A stretch of DNA of 64,000 bases, taken from assembly GCA_950097015.1 (NCBI GenBank), contig CATNEN010000038.1, positions 26,908,001-26,972,000 on the forward strand, in the 5' to 3' direction. This DNA comes from Macrostomum hystrix. Taxonomy: Eukaryota; Animalia; Platyhelminthes. Under the pieces are notes generated by a model, which searched no databases, had not been told where the DNA came from, and worked only from the letters and a program-made list of their open reading frames with translations. A program made the translations under genes and the position numbers. This document shows positions 56,001 through 64,000 of the stretch, in pieces (position 1 is the first letter of the stretch; the number at the start of each line of letters is the position of its first letter).

Positions 56001-58372
56001 GTGGACTTGCCCGAGCTCTGCAACCCGAGCACAGAGACCGCAAAGATCTTCTTTGGCCCCACAATCTGCTGGCAGTGGCTGAGAACTGAGGTCACCCATG
56101 TCAGTGGGATGTTGCTGGCGTCTCCGTCAAGAATCTCCAGGGGGATTCCCCAGAGCAGCAGGCGGGCAAAAACTTCTGGTAGAGACGAAAAAGTATTTAC
56201 TGAAATTTCTGACGACATTCTGAAAGCGAATGTAGCTTCAAAACATTGGCAGATTTCTCGGAAAACATTTTCTAGACCAATTGATGCTCCAACTATTTTC
56301 GTCTCGATTTCCTGAAGCGTGAAATAAAGATTCTGTCTCTTCTCAATCAAATCTTTAATTTGACTTTTTGATTCATCAGTTGTTCGACCGATTTTTATTT
56401 CACCACACGTTATTTGAAGTGAGCTTCGAATTTTATTTCTTCTAGTGTGCAATTCGGGTAAAGTTTTTCTGGAGATTTCGTCAAGGTGCAGTTTAATCCA
56501 TTGCAGAAACAGTTTAACTGCCAGTCCATCCTCAGATTTAGCATGGCTCTCCAGTGACTTCTTAAGGTCTTTGAGAAATAGACTCATCGATTTGCACTTG
56601 GCAAATTGTGCTTCTCTCTGCTTAGCTTTTTTAGATTGGACTTCTAGCAGCTCACCCTTCTCAGCTTTCGAAGAGTGTTCTTGTCGGTGCAACTGGCTAA
56701 ACTTGAGCCAGAGTTCCTGCAGCGGAAGATGCTTAGCTTTGAACTCCAAAACATTTGAAGCAGTGATGTGCTTAACCACTTGAAGACTAGAATACTTCCC
56801 CATGGCTAGTGTCGCCCCACTCTCATCAGTGCTGAAGGTGTCGTTCCGAGTTTCCTCTGCAAGCATCTTTCCAGGTGTCTTTAACAACTGACCTTCCAGT
56901 TTTTTCGAGACATCACTAACTAGCTGGGTTTTGTTTTTCTTATTCGAGCCTTTGTAAGCCAGAACCACTTCCGAGCGTTCTCGGAGCGACTTTAGAACGG
57001 TTTCGCTCGATTTCTCTTTGCCTTTTCCGCTTTTGTTGTAGAGCACAATTAGAACATGAATTTGACGACTATTAAGATTCTCAATGGTCTGGACAACTTC
57101 TTGGCTTTGAAGAGCCTTGTTTTCAACTAGAAGGACAATAATTTGCGCTTTTTGGGCCACAATGTCCGTCTCCTTTTTATGCTGCATAATATCACCTCTG
57201 AAATTTGCAATCACAAAGGCTCTGCTGAAGGAACTCAACTGGCCCTTCGATGGTAGGAAAATTGTAGCCTCGACTAGGCCATTCGTGCACTGGCGTCTCG
57301 CGGTACCATTGCTGCAGTCTCGGTGGAAGAAAGTGTCCTGGCTGTTCTTGGACAGAAGACTGTTCAGCAGTTTCGACTTGGATGAGCCGATCTCTCCGAT
57401 TCGAGCGAAGCAGACAACCGGAAATGGATGCTCGGACACCAAGCTCGTCTCCACGTGCAGGCCCTCAGAGTCTCGAAAGTCGACCACAATGTCTCTGAGG
57501 TTCCACTGGCTCAGTGTGAGGCGGCCCTCGCAATCTCTGTAGATGAGCGGAAACGCCAGTTTGCAGGCGAACAGGGCCTTGCACAGGATCTGCTGCACCT
57601 CCGGGTCGCAGCAAAGAAAGCACGCTTGCAGCACGTCCATGGGATGCAGGACATCTGAATCATCCGTGTCCTCCTCGCCTGAGGAGTCTTGATCTTCCTG
57701 GTCATCTGCGTTTTGTGTTGATATTTCCCTAGCGGATTTGTCGTACGCCAGTATTCCTTTGAGAACAGTCCAAGCTAGAGCATCAATTTGCGGACTTCGC
57801 GCTCTCTTTGACTCGTCGAAATCCTCTTCACGGAGTCTCACAATGTCTGAGAATGAGATCTTATTCGGAAAGTAGCCCTCTAGTTCCAAATTTTTAACAA
57901 CTTGAATAACAGCTGCGTTGGCGCCATGACTGAAAGGGTTAAGACATGTTGCACCTTCACCTGGTTCTGTGTCTTCTTCCGAGTGTTCACTATGGTTCTT
58001 ATTTTCTTCGTCTTTGTCTGTGTTGCTATGTACATATTCTCTTGCACTATTCTGATCAACTGGAGTTGCGACGCTTGACTGTGAGTCGGGATCTTCAATG
58101 TGGTACAGCCTTAAATTCAAATTTGCTGCTTCTAATCGCAGCATCTCTCTCCAGCTATCAATAAAAGCGTGAAATTCTGGAATTTCATGCGATGCCATGC
58201 TTTCGATACAGACCTCATCGAGTCTGTTTATATCCTGCTGCAGTAATAGGGCCACATCCACCAAGCCGAAGCGACGCATTACACACAGAATTGTCAGGGT
58301 CCATTTCTCCTCGTCGAGGTGTGGCGCCAGTTGACGCAGCAGCTGTCGGATCTCGGTAGCTATAGGCTCCAT
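53012..58372 (-). CDS. Very large inducible GTPase (GVIN1/URG4-URGCP family), 1786 aa, single coding exon
   Basis: G1 GLQSSGKSTLLN, FAVSAGRCTRG, G3 DTEGLRAPE, HDNELATLVVGLG; also HPMD...F.C, SKSKLLN...FFHR, GCRAQCPFC...C...H, HRPQG, W.I.PD...FW.WF motifs of VLIG proteins. Confidence 0.95.
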   Translation of the reverse strand: MEPIATEIRQLLRQLAPHLDEEKWTLTILCVMRRFGLVDVALLLQQDINRLDEVCIESMASHEIPEFHAFIDSWREMLRLEAANLNLRLYHIEDPDSQSSVATPVDQNSAREYVHSNTDKDEENKNHSEHSEEDTEPGEGATCLNPFSHGANAAVIQVVKNLELEGYFPNKISFSDIVRLREEDFDESKRARSPQIDALAWTVLKGILAYDKSAREISTQNADDQEDQDSSGEEDTDDSDVLHPMDVLQACFLCCDPEVQQILCKALFACKLAFPLIYRDCEGRLTLSQWNLRDIVVDFRDSEGLHVETSLVSEHPFPVVCFARIGEIGSSKSKLLNSLLSKNSQDTFFHRDCSNGTARRQCTNGLVEATIFLPSKGQLSSFSRAFVIANFRGDIMQHKKETDIVAQKAQIIVLLVENKALQSQEVVQTIENLNSRQIHVLIVLYNKSGKGKEKSSETVLKSLRERSEVVLAYKGSNKKNKTQLVSDVSKKLEGQLLKTPGKMLAEETRNDTFSTDESGATLAMGKYSSLQVVKHITASNVLEFKAKHLPLQELWLKFSQLHRQEHSSKAEKGELLEVQSKKAKQREAQFAKCKSMSLFLKDLKKSLESHAKSEDGLAVKLFLQWIKLHLDEISRKTLPELHTRRNKIRSSLQITCGEIKIGRTTDESKSQIKDLIEKRQNLYFTLQEIETKIVGASIGLENVFREICQCFEATFAFRMSSEISVNTFSSLPEVFARLLLWGIPLEILDGDASNIPLTWVTSVLSHCQQIVGPKKIFAVSVLGLQSSGKSTLLNTMFGLKFAVSAGRCTRGAFLQLVPVEPGRPFDFVAVIDTEGLRAPELGLDKHHHDNELATLVVGLGDVTVINLKGENTAEIMDILQIVVHAFIRMKMANSMRDLRRKCIFVHQNVPAVGAKEKMMDANFKMQEVLDNITREAAEGEKLLNIDCFSDIISFDCHNDIFYASDLWQGDPPMAPVNPGYSFSIRKIKSHILHCLDNEPKSFRRFDDFALCIEDLWKAIMTEDFVFSFRNSVEMKAYNILESEFFEIKTLFDAQLHEWLTKNASVRVKKSTATDILNREKLALIKELNRLIDECEESGKQRLERFFEQNPYSEHTIQWKSGKTNSLTEYLRSVGCEIRKKLDLLCDFQLLETEQMSKQSEWEREILLEAKRAAEEMPEGCPPEVIEQKFGSLWSKFTADLPAEGSEKGDSVYSKIERFLRNCYPKEISTVRSYMDRIAFDEDIRAVRSAATLTREQLFEADENTLFEIDVTLSTRIRDGALKLLTFGEEKHYFEQKMRKKAQDCLTSISNKIIRNVQILVIDISHANRWFEENDAYKVQKCVTECLQRELSVYQDTRITMKFEIKLVILSLSLAYPYFVELDNRFHESCSIMSRTNQIKERIRNTFANMVKRQSCAAVAADYVRDHLKKIIRDAIGQRMKEKLKSKLIKEIGNGKFYLVVRMLEEFAKNREFEKIIDFASNSETAALQWLKSFILGFLSKKQSSNDTTRLFSAINYELIEPIFAAVHDADEKANTDSAQSFSLWIAKFCKNVETELAVVPQDLENVFSADYKYVSSITLADFTGFFRAAIKKAHMELQQEYRILEARDIDSVSQGETLCRMVLNSFWGCRAQCPFCFEPCCKDDAKHYEREGTPHVCLQHRPQGVRGTHYEHTLELVFRNCELDVSQNHEFYCIVCHIYGRLTPNCATDGEWYKKRHSYAKYKDFFYDWDIRPDPSNCGNKFWMWFCASFATDLSNYYEKPVNGLPPAWKCIDEKEALASLRRWRT

Positions 58373-59160
58373 CAGCTGCTCGTCTGAAAGGCAAGAAATT
58401 TTAATTACAGTGGTAGTATTTTTACTATATGTTATTTGTCTCTCTACCGCGCTATATAAGAGATATATATATATTATATATCTCGTAGAACCGCACCTTC
58501 TTGATAAAAATCAATCGGATCTGTATAAAAAGTGCACAATGCTACTTAAATAAGTCTAATATTTTATTATGGGCGAGAAGGAAAACGGGATCAATAAAAG
58601 TACAACGAACAGGGAACTATCTATTTTTAGAAACAAAAGCTGGTCGCTACAGGCCTTCCTAAATACTAAGTGAAAGAAAATAGAAGTAGCTGATTCTCAT
58701 TAGTTATATGGTTATATAATAATTATAATCTCGTGTATATAAATTTAACCTTAATAAGTTTATGCAACGTACATGCAAGTATTGAAGTCATGTCCAAAAT
58801 AAATGTTTATAATAAAAGTTATAAGTCGATAAGTTGTCATGTTTAAAAGTTAGGAAGTAGTTTCATAGACTATTATAGTAAAGTCTTCCTAATCTAATTA
58901 GTTAAAGAAGATTTTGAAAAAAAAACTAAATAGTGCTACACTTCTTACCGGTATAATATAGACTTAACAGTACCGTAGTCCCAATAATAACTAGGTAGCA
59001 ATGGCTTAACCAATGACCACTATAGGAGTCTACTCCAACTTGGGCTTAACATTGAAATTTTAATATCAAGCGTACATGGCATAGGCAGTAGTTAAAAACG
59101 TATGAAAAAGTTTTATTAAGTTCAATCAACTACAATAAATCGAGTCTCTTATTCACTTAC

Positions 59161-59372
59161 CCAGCTGAATGGGACACACCCAGCAGAACGGTAATCGATG
59201 GAGTGAATCTGAGGATTTTAATATTTAAATTAATTATTACTTTATTCAGTTTCACAGATTTTCTTTGCTTTTGGAAAACAAATAAAAGCAACAAAAGAAC
59301 TGGAGGAGAGGCGAGATAGTTTTATTTATATTGGAAACATTGGTCGAAAGCGAAAACCGAAAAACGAAAACT
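59161..59372 (-). promoter_or_regulatory. GVIN promoter and non-coding exon 1: ISRE/IRF-E-like GAAA array (59346-59372), TATA (59330-59323), Inr-like (~59301), donor at 59160
   Basis: GAAAGCGAAAACCGAAAAACGAAAACT; minus-strand TATAAATA ~30 nt before TCCAGTT; donor CTGG|GTAAGT; acceptor TTTCAG|ACGAGCAGCTGATG at 58384. Confidence 0.65.
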
Positions 59373-60461
59373 CATTGACGAAATGTCAAATTTATAGTTT
59401 TTTGTTGTAAAATGCAATAGTAGTTAACCTTTTGGATACTGAATGGTTTATACGTTTTAACTAGTCACCTAAAAATAAAAGAGCATCAATATTTGTTATA
59501 GTATAAAAAGCGTGACTTTTAAAATTCAAAATACGATATAATTTAGGGTAATTAATAATTGATCTGCAGGATTGTATATAAGGATACGGGTTAAAAATTC
59601 CAATATTCTATACTTTGACGTGCGTTTCAATTAGTTAAAAGTCTAATTTGTTCATTGATATTATCGTAATAAAAAAGCGATTATAAGTTTTTTATATTGT
59701 TGCGTGTTGAAATGTGAAATAAGAATGGTCGAGCCGCAGATAAGGAGATTGATAAGTTAAATATGAAAATTAGTTTAAGATAAGGATATGAGTGTTAAAA
59801 TAAGAGATATGCACTGAAAAGTGTAAGAGAAATGCAGTTGTAGCGGTATTCCTAAACCATGCTAAGATTGCCTATAGCTACCACTCGTGCAATCTAGACG
59901 CTACCAGATCGTGTATATACCAAATTAAACGCTACCATTAGATTGTTAGATCCGTGAAAGATAAGTATCGCGGAGTATCAAGAGTTAAACGGCCATTTTC
60001 AGGACCATCAGCCTAAAGGATAATAAAATACATACAGAACTAACAGAGAAAGAACGAGTAAGATCGACCTGAGTTATAATACGCTGCCAAGAGAGAGAAA
60101 AATTATTTCCGTTAAATTTAATATAGTCTGCTACTGTTACCTGCAGCAGTTTTTTATTTCTTTGAGTATATATAATACGAGTACTAGCGAAGATTCGTGT
60201 TTTAAATATGTATCAATTACTAGAAACACAGTTTTTTTCAACTTTCTCGGCTTAGTGTCATCGTTAAATCTTAATAGATGAATCTGTTAATAATTGCGAA
60301 TCATTTATTTACTGGTGCTCGACTTAATATAGTTATAATTTTTAATAACCCAAACGGACTTGGCAAAAACGACATAAAAAATGTAAATTGCCCATCACTG
60401 TCGATCCGAAGCTGCTGCTCTTGCAACTTCAGCACCGCTAGACTGCTCTACAGTGAAATCT

Positions 60462-61203
60462 ATGATGAGCGGACTGGCAGCGCTGCTGTGCCTTCTGAGC
60501 ATCCTGCAGGTGCCGTCAGTACAGGCTCAGTGCCCAACACCGTTTAAATTCTAGGCTGACAGGTGCGTGTATTTCAACACTGCGCATAGCTTCACCTGGT
60601 GCTCGGCTAACAGGCAGTGTGAGTTGATCGGAGGTGAGCTCATCAACTCGTACAGCTCGCTGAAGCTGCTTTCCAGCTTCTCGAGTGCGAGCTGCGGCTG
60701 CAAACTATGGGTCGGAGTGAGTGATTCGGCTGATGAGAGAGTTGAGGACCGAACTGGATGGCAACGGGTGAACTCGAACGGCATTCTGCCGCTGGACAAC
60801 TCCCTGTGGTTCCCCAGCATGCCGAACAACAATGGATATCAGGACTGCTTGTCTAACTCAAATGTCAACATCAGTAAGCTGATCGACACCTGGTGTTCCA
60901 ACACGAGGGGCTTCATTTGTGAATTTCGGAATTCAACTTCGGAGAGCCGACCTCTGAAGAGCTCGCTCTGGCAGCGGGCTGCCTTCAAGCGCACCAGCTA
61001 CAATCCCAGCACTGAGTACTGCTACTCAGACGTGCAGCTCCAGCTCCTTCCAGTGCGTTGCTGCAGCCATGCGCTCCGGTGGCAGCTGCAGACACGTGCT
61101 GTACAACCGCAAGCTGAAATTGTGCCGCCTGCTGCAGTTCACCGACGCTCAGGTCGAGGAGGAGATCGAGACCAGCGCTGACTGGGTGAAGTTCAGCTTC
61201 TGA
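60462..61203 (+). pseudogene. C-type lectin-PAN copy 2, disrupted
   Basis: Different signal peptide MMSGLAALLCLLSILQVPSVQA. In-frame TAG at 60552. 5-bp deletion near 61038 relative to copy 1. Confidence 0.85.
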
Positions 61204-61649
61204 CCGTCCCTGACAATGCCCTGTCAGAGCAAGCCGGCAGATCGAGTCAATTACTGAACTTTACTGGCTTTATTCCTCGCGAACACCACTCGGTTTGGTC
61301 ACAAGAAGTTATTAAGAATGCGCGTCTGATTGTGATTGGGTGACTATGGTTGGCAATGGCAATGTCTATGGTAATGGAGTCTATGGCAAAAACAGCGTCT
61401 TTGGCAATGGCAAGGGGAGTCCTCCACTGCCGGTTCCAGTCAAGAAAGTGGAACCGGCCGTGGAGGAGCGAGAATGGGCCGGGCCTCTAAATATAACCAC
61501 GACCGCGGAGGAGGGGTGGAGAGGGGCTAAAGCGAATAACCCCTCACGCATTGTTAACATTATTTATGCGCGCACGCAGTATTGACTGGAGGGTAAATGA
61601 CAAATTTGGCGAACGCATGGATGTGCTCTGGAATTTACTATGAGTAGCA

Positions 61650-62348
61650 CTACAAGTTCGCAGTTTGGACAAACGAACATGGCAGGCGACACAGTTTCAG
61701 CTTGCGGTTGTACAGCACGTGTCTGCAGCTGCCACCGGAGCGCATGGCTGCAGCAACGCACTGGAAGGAGCTAGACACCTGCTGCACGTCTGAATAGCAG
61801 TACTCAGTGCTGGGATTGTAGCTGGTGCGCTTGAAGGCAGCCCGCTGCCAGAGCGAGCTCTTCAGAGGTCGGCTCTCCGAAGTTGAATTCCGAAATTCAC
61901 AAATGAAGCCCCTCGTGTTGGAACACCAGGTGTCGATCAGCTTACTGATGTTGACATTTGAGTTAGACAAGCAGTCCTGATATCCATTGTTGTTCGGCAT
62001 GCTGGGGAACCACAGGGAGTTGTCCAGCGGCAGAATGCCGTTCGAGTTCACCCGTTGCCATCCAGTTCGGTCCTCAACTCTCTCATCAGCCGAATCACTC
62101 ACTCCGACCCATAGTTTGCAGCCGCAGCTCGCACTCGAGAAGCTGGAAAGCAGCTTCAGCGAGCTGTACGAGTTGATGAGCTCACCTCCGATCGACTCAC
62201 ACTGCCTGTTAGCCGAGCACCAGGTGAAGCTATGCGCCGTGTTGAAATACACGCACCTGCCAGCCTCGAGGTTGAACGGCGTTGGGCACTGAGCCTGCAC
62301 TGACAGCAGCTGAATGACTAGAGGCAGAAACACGAAACTTAGCAGCAT
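61650..62348 (-). CDS. C-type lectin-PAN copy 3, inverted, C-terminus replaced after RKLKLCRL
   Basis: Near identical to copy 1, including the proximal promoter, until the junction at ~61682. Confidence 0.8.
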   Translation of the reverse strand: MLLSFVFLPLVIQLLSVQAQCPTPFNLEAGRCVYFNTAHSFTWCSANRQCESIGGELINSYSSLKLLSSFSSASCGCKLWVGVSDSADERVEDRTGWQRVNSNGILPLDNSLWFPSMPNNNGYQDCLSNSNVNISKLIDTWCSNTRGFICEFRNSTSESRPLKSSLWQRAAFKRTSYNPSTEYCYSDVQQVSSSFQCVAAAMRSGGSCRHVLYNRKLKLCRLPCSFVQTANL

Positions 62349-62834
62349 TGCAGCTGTGAGACTACCGTATTTGAAGGTTTCTTGAAGCTGAGCTCAAATG
62401 AGTCTGCACTCAGCATGCAATGCTTTAATAATACGTGCGATCGGCTGGCTGACTTGACAAGCTGTTTTTCATTGGCTTTTATTGGCTTATAACTGGATTC
62501 CATGATTTATGGTCTTGTTGCTGCTTTTTTCTTGTTGCATTTTGCTCCCATATTGCTCCGATATCCAGAATCCATTAGCCTGGGTGGAACTCTGCCGATC
62601 CAGCTTTTTGACAATTTTTGGCTAGACTATTTGTTAACGCTTCAGTGAATCCAGGGCTACCGCTGTTACTGGGTCGATACCTTAAGTGACGTTTTGCGTC
62701 AAGGTAATTCCACTCTCATTTTTTCTTGCAAAAAATCTAAAGTAAATATTTGCCACCGGCTGTAATATATAGGTCGTATGAATTAAAATAGGAGTAATTG
62801 CTGAAACTCTCTGACTTATTAACTCTCATGGGGA

Positions 62835-63041
62835 GTGTTCGTGAATGACAGCTTCTTGCCTTCGAATGTGGTGGTTGTGTCGAACTCGATTAACTTCAGC
62901 CTGTTGCCAAAGTACTGCGCTAAGTTTGGCAAGCGAAACAATGATGGGCGCATGTTCAGGGGCACCCTGAGAGCCATTGCGATCAGCAGCAGCTCCATGT
63001 CTGAGAATGAGATTCGGGACTTCTTCACCTTGGTCGTGTGA
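62835..63041 (+). other. Possible terminal exon or fragment of a LamG/pentraxin-like domain
   Basis: FGKRNNDGRMFRGTLRAIAISSSSMSENEI resembles the G...F.G.(L/I)..+.+....LS..EI end of concanavalin-like domains. No upstream exons identified. Confidence 0.3.
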
Positions 63042-64000
63042 ATGCCTTCTGATTTTATGTTGCGGTATCGTCGAGAAAATGAAAATTAGTACTCTTTAAG
63101 TACTTTTAAATACTTCAAATCAATTTAAAATGCTTTTCCCAACAAGCTTTTTCAATATGATATTTTGTTTTAATTTTTAATTTTTCAAAATTAATTAAGT
63201 TTTTCTTTTTTTTCTTTCTTTCCTTTTAATTAAGTTTTAATTATTCTTAATTCTCTTTTTTTGGTTTAAGGTCTTATAGTTTTTTTATCTCTAAATATAA
63301 TTTATAGTTTAGTCGAAAATTATACTATATTATGCCGAGAAAATCGGTTTCCTGCTGATTGAAGCGATTGATATCCCATTCCTTTAACAATGTCGAATCA
63401 TTGGCCTTTAAGCCCTGTGCTACAGTTCGCTGGGCCCTACCACCATTAATTGTTTTTGGAGAGGAATATTGATCTTAAATATGAAATCTGAGAATCTATA
63501 CACGAGACTACGGATCGGTTGATTTGCGATGCAGCTTTTTGTATGTCAGCAACTCATTTGGCTATTGACAAAGTTTTATCTATCCAATTTCATTATGTCA
63601 CAACGATGCAAGGCTCGTTCACGCTGAAAATCTGATCTGAAAATGTGGAAATCACTAATGAAAACTAAATTTTCGTTTTTGACTCGAGAAAGGAGTAAAG
63701 AGATTTTGCAAGCGTAAGAGTAACAGCTACGCAATATTTCTGTAGTTATTTTATCTTTCCTTCGTCGTGCACTACCTTGTACTCGTGTTTTTATACTCAA
63801 CTACTAATAGTACTGGCTGTGCATTTTTATAGTTTTTTTTTCTGGATCTTTTCCCCAGAAAACGTATATTGTATCAATATATCAATGTATCAATTCGGAA
63901 CAATATATCGTATATTGATCCGAATGATTAATCATCTTATCAATCTTAGGCTTTTGCGCTTCTTTAGCTCCCCTCCCCCAGTCCATGGACTGTGCAGCTG

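Noticed and set aside
53006-58164. Plus-strand ORFs over the GVIN gene (and antisense ORFs over gag/pol, PARG, lectins)
   Set aside because: Shadow ORFs of well-supported opposite-strand CDSs.

Overview
Eukaryotic (animal, invertebrate) genomic DNA with GT-AG introns, dense minisatellites and transposons. The style resembles a free-living flatworm such as Macrostomum, but this is inference and cannot be verified here. Genes found: three tandem minus-strand single-pass Cys-rich receptors (7.8-15.6 kb; TNFR-like, two with TRAF-binding motifs, one with a short tail); a 6-exon PARG with an NPY/NPF neuropeptide gene nested antisense in intron 2; a fungal-type cysteine synthase; an orphan 330-aa ORF; a very large inducible GTPase (GVIN/URG4 family); and three copies of a secreted C-type lectin-PAN gene (one intact, one pseudogene, one truncated). 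Mobile DNA: a young full-length Ty3/Gypsy element (34993-43621) with a non-env third ORF under its own promoter, a relic of a related element carrying a homologue of that ORF, a tRNA-derived SINE (3 copies), a LINE fragment and several palindromic MITE-like elements. The best candidate for an undescribed system is an IRF/ISRE-like regulon: GAAAGCGAAAAC sits just upstream of TATA/Inr elements of both the GVIN gene and one TNFR-like gene, in a window rich in innate-immunity genes. The second candidate is the conserved accessory ORF3 family of these Gypsy elements.
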